The notes below the pieces were generated by a model. That model had not been told where the DNA came from. It saw only the letters and a list, made by a program, of their open reading frames with translations, and searched no databases. Position numbers and translations under genes: made by a program. DNA of 64,000 bases, from positions 32,001-96,000 of the IMG/VR virus record IMGVR_UViG_3300048691_000181; one strand, written 5' to 3'. Origin of the DNA: a virus. Below are positions 57,138-64,000 of the stretch, in pieces; the stretch's first letter is position 1; every line of letters begins with the position of its first letter.

Positions 57138-58148
57138 TTAGATGAGCGTGTTTGTAGGCTGATAAGCGTCTCTTATAGTAGAGTTCTTAAAATCAGCAAT
57201 CATGTGAAGTACGGGACATTCGCCAAACCTATTCTTCAACAGGTGGAAGTATATCATAGGAAGACCTGTTCTTAGGTCATATACAGGGTAGTTTAGGTCT
57301 CCGTACTCTTTGATTCCCCGTACTCTACTTGGATTCATACTAAACAGAACTATGTCCGAATTAGAAAAGATGGCAGACGAGCCAAATATGTCTGCTTCGG
57401 TCGGGTAGTGTAAGGCTTTATTTGACACCCTTGCTGAAGAGAAAATGTCTCTATTTGTTTGGCTTAAACAAAGAAAGATAATACTCAACCCCATATCTTC
57501 AAAATCCTTCTTCATGTCTACTAATTGCTGGTAGAGATTGTCTACAATACGCTTAGCGTCTTCATCATTCTTTCCCTTCGTTAGAGTGATATAATCTATC
57601 GTGACAATGAGCTTTTTCTTTCTTCCTTCATCAGTAAGATTTCCTTCATTATCCCAAAGTTCATCTAACTCACGGTCAATAACAAATTGACATATTTCTG
57701 TCTTTATTTGGGCTACAGATTGTGCTTTGTCTATGTTAAATACAGGTTTATCTCCAAGCGTCTTTATAGCTTCCTCGACAAGTGCTGCTTCCTCCTCAGT
57801 CATAACGTACCCTCTCGCAGATTGAAGACTCTTTAATCCAATGCCTGTCTTCTTTGATAGATGTCGTAGTATTTGCATACGCACAATCATATCGAACTCG
57901 AAAGATAAGCATTCGACCAAAGGGTCTTGTTCCATAATGAAGTACTTTATTTGCTCCATAATCGTAGATTTCCCTGAAGAAGGCGTACCTACAATAGTCA
58001 TTAATGTCCACCACGGGATGCCGTCCAGTAACGCATCGTTAAGACCTCTGTACGGTGTTTCTGCTGAAGGAAGTAGCCCGTCTTTACGAGCAGTCATGTA
58101 TTCTTTTGTTTTCCGTATATCTACGGATATGTGTTTATATGCACCCAC
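57138..58148 (-). CDS. dnaB: DnaB-like replicative helicase
   Basis: GTPSSGKS; FEFDM; VTIDY; LSQTNR; DIFGSSAI...SD; LLKNRFG. Confidence 0.85.
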   Translation of the reverse strand: MGAYKHISVDIRKTKEYMTARKDGLLPSAETPYRGLNDALLDGIPWWTLMTIVGTPSSGKSTIMEQIKYFIMEQDPLVECLSFEFDMIVRMQILRHLSKKTGIGLKSLQSARGYVMTEEEAALVEEAIKTLGDKPVFNIDKAQSVAQIKTEICQFVIDRELDELWDNEGNLTDEGRKKKLIVTIDYITLTKGKNDEDAKRIVDNLYQQLVDMKKDFEDMGLSIIFLCLSQTNRDIFSSARVSNKALHYPTEADIFGSSAIFSNSDIVLFSMNPSRVRGIKEYGDLNYPVYDLRTGLPMIYFHLLKNRFGECPVLHMIADFKNSTIRDAYQPTNTLI

Positions 58149-58250
58149 TTGCGTCTATGTATTATTTATGGGATTATTTTACTTGGCTAAGAAATATAGC
58201 TTTCCATTTTTTCTATGGATATATAGATGTCTGCTACTTCTTTCTCAGCC

Positions 58251-58296
58251 AGTTCTTTGAGCTCTTTGAGAAAGAACTCAAAGAGCTCAAAGAACT
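58251..58296. repeat. Perfect 20-bp inverted repeat with 6-nt loop
   Basis: AGTTCTTTGAGCTCTTTGAG-AAAGAA-CTCAAAGAGCTCAAAGAACT. Confidence 0.9.
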
Positions 58297-58373
58297 CGAT
58301 TAAGACATTTTTTTAAGATGTAGTCTTGAAAGATATATCTATAAAATGAGTATATCCATCATTCACCCAATGC

Positions 58374-58571
58374 CTATAATTCTTCTTCGTAAGTGTCGCC
58401 TCGTTCGACACTTACTTCAATTATTTTCCAGTCAATGACGCCATCGTCATCTGCATCGTTGAGTGTATCTTTTTCATACTCAACGACTTCAGCAATTACC
58501 TTTTCTAATTCTTGTTTATCTTTACAAGAATATACCGCAGTCTTAGAGACTGTTACTTGTTTCCTAAACAT
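58374..58571 (-). CDS. Small acidic hypothetical protein
   Basis: 65 aa. Confidence 0.55.
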   Translation of the reverse strand: MFRKQVTVSKTAVYSCKDKQELEKVIAEVVEYEKDTLNDADDDGVIDWKIIEVSVERGDTYEEEL

Positions 58572-58747
58572 TTTTTGATTCTTGTTTTTCTCTTAAAAAT
58601 AATAGCACGACCAAATTCTTTTGATTGTTGCTTCTCGTCTAACTCTTTAGCGAGTTGACGCATGGCTTCAATACATTCATCTACAATGAGCATAGATTCA
58701 CCCTTTACTTCAAAGATGCTGGAGATTAATATTTTTTTTGATTGCAT
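58553..58747 (-). CDS. Small hypothetical protein
   Basis: 64 aa. Confidence 0.5.
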   Translation of the reverse strand: MQSKKILISSIFEVKGESMLIVDECIEAMRQLAKELDEKQQSKEFGRAIIFKRKTRIKKCLGNK

Positions 58748-59013
58748 TATTCTTCCAGTTCTATTTCTTCGACCTCTCCTTCGGTACAGGTCATTTGTCC
58801 TAACCAGAGATAAGGATGTTCTTTTTCGTAAATATCGACGATGCCATCAACTTGGCCTTCGATTTCTTTCTCAAACTTCTCGATGATGTCTGGGTATTCT
58901 TGACCCTCAAATACCTCTTCGCTCAACTCTAACTCATAAGTTAGAGTTGCTTTAAATTTTCTTTTATACTTTAGCTCCATTTTAGATTGGTGGAGATAAT
59001 CCCTTATCCCCAT
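58747..59013 (-). CDS. Small acidic hypothetical protein
   Basis: 88 aa. Confidence 0.55.
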   Translation of the reverse strand: MGIRDYLHQSKMELKYKRKFKATLTYELELSEEVFEGQEYPDIIEKFEKEIEGQVDGIVDIYEKEHPYLWLGQMTCTEGEVEEIELEE

Positions 59014-60244
59014 TTAGCGAATAAAAGCACTTTTCGGCTTGAAGAAGTGCTGCTTGAAGGCATGCTATCTGCCCTTCCCAATTAGTAGAGAATTCTTTAA
59101 CATGGTTTTCATCGAACATAAATAAAGATTGTTCGATGAATGTATGTGAGAGAGACTTCTGGCAATTTTCTTTACCAAAACACTCTATATGTAATCTTCT
59201 ATCTTTTATTATTTCTTCTGAAACAATAAAGATAGAGAAGGTTAAGCACTTTACTTCTCTCTCTGGTGGAGAATAGATAACGTAACCTATATTTGTATAC
59301 CGCCATAACTGGAAATAGTATTCTCCAAATTCTTCACAAACGAAGTGGTCATTTACTTCTTCTGGTTTAGAATTTCTTATGTCTTTCTCGAGGTTCTTAT
59401 AGTTCTCAGGGAAAGGAAGGTCACTGTGATACTCTGGCACTTCCTTGTCTTCCTTCTCACTATCTCCCATACAGCAATTAGGACATTCTTCTCGAGGAAA
59501 AGAGTCTTTTATATATCCCGTTAGAGAAAGGTCGTAAGGAACCTCTTCTAAGCAGGAATCACATGTCTTTATCTGATAGTAAGGCTGGTCTTCGTGACCA
59601 TTTACCATTAGACAACTATCGCATGTATGAGCGCTAATAGTAGCCTTGTCTGTCCGATTGAGATGCTCTTCAACAGTGACCATATAATCTTCACCACAGA
59701 GAGCACAATAGTCTATCTGAATCTGAAACATATCTTGCTTTAGATACTCGTCGTGCTCTTCAAATCTGTCATCTATGTCTTCCATCTCCATTCGAGGATG
59801 ATAGTCTTCTGACTCGAACTTGAGTTCACTAATGTCGTTCAAGCATTTATCGCAAACAAGCACAGTTGCTTGAATAGCATCAAAGTTCTTTTGAGGAATC
59901 TGAAACGGGAATAAGAGCTTTCTCCCTGACATTTGATGTTGAAACAAAGCTGTTTCAGATTCCTCTGAGAATTCGATTCATTGGCGCATAGAGTCGGATA
60001 AAGGGTCGAATTTTATCCCTCTCTTATCGCATATATAGCACGTACAGCTCCGCTCAAATATATCATCTTTACCAAAGCGGGGTAGCTCTCCATTGCGTAC
60101 AAAAGAATAAACGTTCTTGTGTGCAATTTCTTCTAATCCTGCTTTTTCAAGATACTTTTTATAAGTTGAGCTGTACTTGTTTTTTATAAAGTTATTAGCG
60201 TCTGTATCCTTATTTTGGATAACGCTACAAATAGAACAACCCAC
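58982..60244 (-). CDS. Multi-CxxC (Zn-binding) protein, 420 aa with one in-frame TGA (59978-59980)
   Basis: ORFs 59978..60244 and 58982..59947 are in frame, joined by DSMRQ*IEFSEESETALFQHQ; both halves carry CxxC pairs. Confidence 0.75.
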
Positions 60245-60270
60245 ATGTTTAAGGTTCTTGTACGTTTATT

Positions 60271-61449
60271 TTAGTTCTTGGGCAACTCGATACCCAATAC
60301 GCTTGGGTCAGAACAGGTCGACCTGAAAATTTTATTAACCTGTTCGACGAGTCCTTTTCGCTCACCTAAATTCGGATTCTTTTCAGCTTCGTCCAGCATC
60401 TTATTGGTTGAATTTAGCATCGTAATAAATGGCATACCACCCGTTGGTCCCATGGCTGTTTGCTTTTTCCTAATGACTTCTTCAAACTCATCGACTTGAC
60501 TATCTGTGAGTTTAGCCGCATTCTTTAACAAGCGACGAATGATTTTATCTTCCTTCTCAGCCGCCTTTTTTTCTTCGGGCAATCGATTGTCGTCTGTTGG
60601 CGGTGTAACGGGCTTAGCTGGGTCGGCAGGTTTTGGATTCCCTTTTTCTTCCTCTTTTTTTGCTTTTCGGTCTGCCTTATCTTTGTCGATAAGGCTCTGA
60701 TTCAGCTTGTCGATAATGGTAGATTCTCCCATAACCACGGCTAAAATAGCAATCATCACACCTTCTAATATAGAAGTGATAATGTGAACCTTGAACAAGA
60801 AGAACGAGTTGTTCATATTGAAGCCCAAGTAATTTGAAACTTCAACATTAGGGTCAAACCTTCCCCGATATGGAGCTGCTATTTCAGCAGGTGATTTCCA
60901 GAACATGAAAAATCTTTCAACCGCATAGTTAAACTCAGGTACCTGTTTAAAGCCCTTCGCAATTAACGCACAGTTGCCCCATGCGATATAGAAAGTAGAA
61001 AAGACAAGGACGACTGACATGATTAGCAAGAGAAAGAATGCTGCTGGCTTAGCTGACCTGATGACATCGCCTTTTTCGTTTCTTAAAGGACCAAAGAACT
61101 GAAGTCCTTGTACCGTCATCATCAGGAAAAACGGCGTTACACACGCACATAAAAATCCGACAACAGAGATAACGTTGTGTTGCAAAAATCTTGCAATCAT
61201 CGAGATAGGCTGTTCATCGGCAGGATGAACGAGCGTAGCAATATTTGCCTCCGTGATAAAGGAGGCAATATTCATAATAATAATGAGCATTAGAAAATTG
61301 CCCATGACGAAATGGGCAAAATAATGCTCCATTGTCGTTTTTTTTACTTTGGCTCGCCAAACGAGTCCTACCATGAATATGGCTAACATGATTACCGATG
61401 AATACATCAGTAAATCAGAAGTGAACTTGTCTCCGTCAACTGGGTGCAT
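60271..61449 (-). CDS. Polytopic membrane protein
   Basis: About 5 TM segments plus a charged C-terminus. Confidence 0.7.
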   Translation of the reverse strand: MHPVDGDKFTSDLLMYSSVIMLAIFMVGLVWRAKVKKTTMEHYFAHFVMGNFLMLIIIMNIASFITEANIATLVHPADEQPISMIARFLQHNVISVVGFLCACVTPFFLMMTVQGLQFFGPLRNEKGDVIRSAKPAAFFLLLIMSVVLVFSTFYIAWGNCALIAKGFKQVPEFNYAVERFFMFWKSPAEIAAPYRGRFDPNVEVSNYLGFNMNNSFFLFKVHIITSILEGVMIAILAVVMGESTIIDKLNQSLIDKDKADRKAKKEEEKGNPKPADPAKPVTPPTDDNRLPEEKKAAEKEDKIIRRLLKNAAKLTDSQVDEFEEVIRKKQTAMGPTGGMPFITMLNSTNKMLDEAEKNPNLGERKGLVEQVNKIFRSTCSDPSVLGIELPKN

Positions 61450-61485
61450 AAAACATTTTTTTTATTCCGTTAAAGTATACTCTTC

Positions 61486-62025
61486 TTAACCAGCATAGTC
61501 TGGTCTATCCCAAGAAGACTCTAATTCGGTCATGCCGTCCTTAGAGTCTTCTTCTTTTATGTCAAACAAGGAATCCAAATAGCTATGCCATTGTTCCATG
61601 TTTTCTGTATGTCCTTTTATTCTACCAATTGTGTTTTGGACATTCTCAGTCTGAATAGTAGAAAGTTCATCTATCCGATGAAGGACGTATGGGCAGTCCT
61701 TCAACTTTTTACATATATGTTCACTATATCTCTTTTCCTGATAGCCTCCATCGCCAGCTAAGTCAAACTGAGCATCTTCTATGACCAGTTCGTCTTCGTT
61801 AGCGTATTGAAATAATGAAGACATGAAGCTCTTAAAAGGAATCCATTTTTCGCTATATTGTACCAGTTCCATCTTCTCTTTAAGGAAAGTGGCATAAAAA
61901 CAATGAGATGGATTTGAGTTATCGAGGTAAAGGAAGATAGAGTATTCTATCTTGTCAACCGTCAATGGCATCAACTCCTTTCTAAGAAAGTAATACCATT
62001 TAAAATACGTCTTTCCTAATGCCAT
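61486..62025 (-). CDS. Hypothetical protein
   Basis: Likely start MALGKT (62025); ORF track starts at 62088. Confidence 0.55.
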   Translation of the reverse strand: MALGKTYFKWYYFLRKELMPLTVDKIEYSIFLYLDNSNPSHCFYATFLKEKMELVQYSEKWIPFKSFMSSLFQYANEDELVIEDAQFDLAGDGGYQEKRYSEHICKKLKDCPYVLHRIDELSTIQTENVQNTIGRIKGHTENMEQWHSYLDSLFDIKEEDSKDGMTELESSWDRPDYAG

Positions 62026-62039
62026 TATCCTTGGTTTTA

Positions 62040-62786
62040 CTACTTTAAATTCACATGCACATGAACTCCCGTTGCCCACGGAACCCATCTCCAGTGTTTT
62101 TCTTCATCAAGGGAAAGCATTCCTTTTGAAGACTGTTTATAGTCTTCGATAAAGAAGACTAAATTGTATTTATTAAGCCATCCCTCCCCTGATTCAGACA
62201 TCAACCAAGATGTTAATGTTTTAGAGTAATTGAGGTCAATGGCTTTGCCACACCTATGCCCCTTGCCGCCCCAATTACGATACGTGGAAGTCACAATTAT
62301 GTCGGGTGCAGAGTAATCTGCTAAATGTGCGAGCGCGTCACGTATCTCGTACGTGAGTTTATCTCTGCCCTGATTTGCCTTTTTCTGGTAAGTAACTCGG
62401 CTCGTTGCCTTTTGTAATCCCTCCAGCTCTTGAATGTCTGAATGGGAAATACTATCGCTATTGCTAATTTTCTTAACCAACGCAATCTTGGTAATAGCAA
62501 GTGTAACATTGGTATGCTTGATACCACGAATATGATGGCTATGACTGCCATCCAAAAAATAGTCATATTTTGTTTTTCTTAAGTTTTTGATTGCAAGCGT
62601 AGATTCTTCTCGAGGACACTCTAAGAGGTCTTTTATCGAAACTACGCTTACAATCGAATTAAATGATGTTTTAACGCATATTTGAGTTTTCTTTTTCTCG
62701 AAACTCATAAGTGGGAGGATAGCCAAAATCCAGATTAATTTCTTAATTTGAATAAGCCACCTTCCCCCTTTATTTATATGTACCAT
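62040..62786 (-). CDS. Peptidase M15-like Zn peptidase with N-terminal hydrophobic segment
   Basis: IIVTSTYR, H..GKAID (H-x6-D), HVHV. Confidence 0.7.
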   Translation of the reverse strand: MVHINKGGRWLIQIKKLIWILAILPLMSFEKKKTQICVKTSFNSIVSVVSIKDLLECPREESTLAIKNLRKTKYDYFLDGSHSHHIRGIKHTNVTLAITKIALVKKISNSDSISHSDIQELEGLQKATSRVTYQKKANQGRDKLTYEIRDALAHLADYSAPDIIVTSTYRNWGGKGHRCGKAIDLNYSKTLTSWLMSESGEGWLNKYNLVFFIEDYKQSSKGMLSLDEEKHWRWVPWATGVHVHVNLK

Positions 62787-62805
62787 CTTTAAAAGATTAG
62801 TTATT

Positions 62806-63324
62806 TTAAACTGAAGCTACAGTATTCTGAACGTATAATTCGTAATCTGCCTTTAATTGGATATACGATTTAGTATTCAAATCAGGATTCATGGGCAGTA
62901 CGAGCTTTTGAGCTTTACTCACCATGAACACTTCTGCGCTTTGCAACTTCGACAAAGTTACACCATTTTTGTCTAAATGGTTTTTTGGCACATACTTCTC
63001 AACATAAACATCGGGATTCTTATCTTTTTTTCCCTTGAAAGAAGGGTTGAAATAGCCTGATGTTGAAGAGCTGAACCATGTCGTATTTGGATTGAAATAT
63101 ACAGGTGCACCATTCTTATTTTGGAATGTGTGCATTAGCCCTGATTCAGTATAGCTAACATTGTATATTTGCTTGGTTCTTTTATCCCTTAAACAGACAA
63201 GATTATTTTCTACACCAAGCAGTCATTGAAGGAAAGGGTCTATGACCCTTTGTGTTGAGGATACAAGTTTGGTCGCAAAAGTTACAGTATTGGTTTTGCC
63301 ATTTGTGGCGTCAGTGGTATACAT
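62806..63324 (-). CDS. Hypothetical protein, 172 aa with one in-frame TGA (63223-63225)
   Basis: ATG 63324 MYTTDATNG...DPFLQ*LLGVENN...GLMHTFQ is continuous with ORF 62806..63135. Confidence 0.75.
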
Positions 63325-63388
63325 TAATTTGAAATTTAATCGTGAAAAAAAATAAGGTGTATGTTTAGGTTAATTTGCAAATTGGATT

Positions 63389-64000
63389 TTATGTTAAATC
63401 ATCGTAGCAAGAATCGCAAACCTTCTTGCCTTTATAGAGATTCTTCTGTTCTTCGTCAAAAGAATCGCCACATTCATCACAAGTGAATGTTTCAGGCTCG
63501 TCCTCTACTTCATTATTTTCCTCGAAGCAGGAATTGCACCAACGGGGTGTTCCATCCGAGTTTTCGATAGCCTCTTCAATCGTTTCATCGCAATCATTCA
63601 TCCTGCGTTCAATCTCAAGGTTGAAAAATTCCAGTCCTCCCTTGCAATCGCAGTCACAACACTCGAAGTTGTATACAACTTCGGGAAATAAATCTTGATT
63701 AGGTACTTCAATGGGAGTAGCTTCTACTCGACTTTCCTCTGGCATGCTAAAAACACTCTCTTCAGCTTTCACTGGTGTCTCAAACATAGAGTAGTCGAAA
63801 GCCAGAATCTTCTCTATGTCTAAGGGCTCAATCGGAATAGGTGTAGTATCCATCTTGAGTTTCTTAATTGTTGGAGCTGCCGCTTTCATCTCTAAGATGA
63901 GATTCCAGAGCTCACTATAAACCGTATGTCTTTTTTCGTACACCGTGGTCAAGAAGATAGAAAGTGCTTTATCATAGCACATCTTTCTGGTCAAGCCAAT
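63389..64000 (-). CDS. Acidic CxxC-rich protein (probably starts beyond the window)
   Basis: CCDC, CNSC, CDEC, CDSC. Confidence 0.6.
   Translation of the reverse strand: MGLTRKMCYDKALSIFLTTVYEKRHTVYSELWNLILEMKAAAPTIKKLKMDTTPIPIEPLDIEKILAFDYSMFETPVKAEESVFSMPEESRVEATPIEVPNQDLFPEVVYNFECCDCDCKGGLEFFNLEIERRMNDCDETIEEAIENSDGTPRWCNSCFEENNEVEDEPETFTCDECGDSFDEEQKNLYKGKKVCDSCYDDLT

Noticed and set aside
58982-60244. TGA as selenocysteine in a Cys-rich protein
   Set aside because: The TGA is not in a CxxC position, no obvious SECIS-like hairpin follows, and all five contexts suit Trp better
1-64000. tRNA (including suppressor), intron, intein or integrase
   Set aside because: None recognisable by eye; intergenic gaps are short. 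tRNAscan-SE or ARAGORN on the full genome is needed

Overview
AT-rich segment of a crAss-like (Crassvirales-type) podophage of a Bacteroidota host, arranged as two convergent blocks that meet at a bidirectional terminator (~46.7 kb). The + strand block (1-46647) is the virion/late module: the C-terminal end of a probable major capsid protein, a cluster of fibre-like proteins carrying Sec signal peptides, lysis genes, tail ring/tube/stabilisation genes, ejection (cargo) proteins, and a 6327-aa virion RNA polymerase polyprotein that also carries an SF1 helicase and a zincin motif. The - strand block (46735-64000) is the replication/early module: HTH regulator, PD-(D/E)xK exonuclease, gamma-glutamylcyclotransferase, T7 endoI-like resolvase, primase, SSB, AAA ATPase, DnaB-like helicase, M15 peptidase and Cys-rich proteins. 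The most notable signal, missed by the ORF track, is stop-codon read-through. Five in-frame TGA codons interrupt four otherwise continuous - strand genes at positions that read well as Trp. No credible gene in the window ends on TGA, and the late genes contain no in-frame TGA. One late gene also has an in-frame TAG, which raises the possibility that only TAA is a strict stop. All functional calls come from motif recognition, not database searches.
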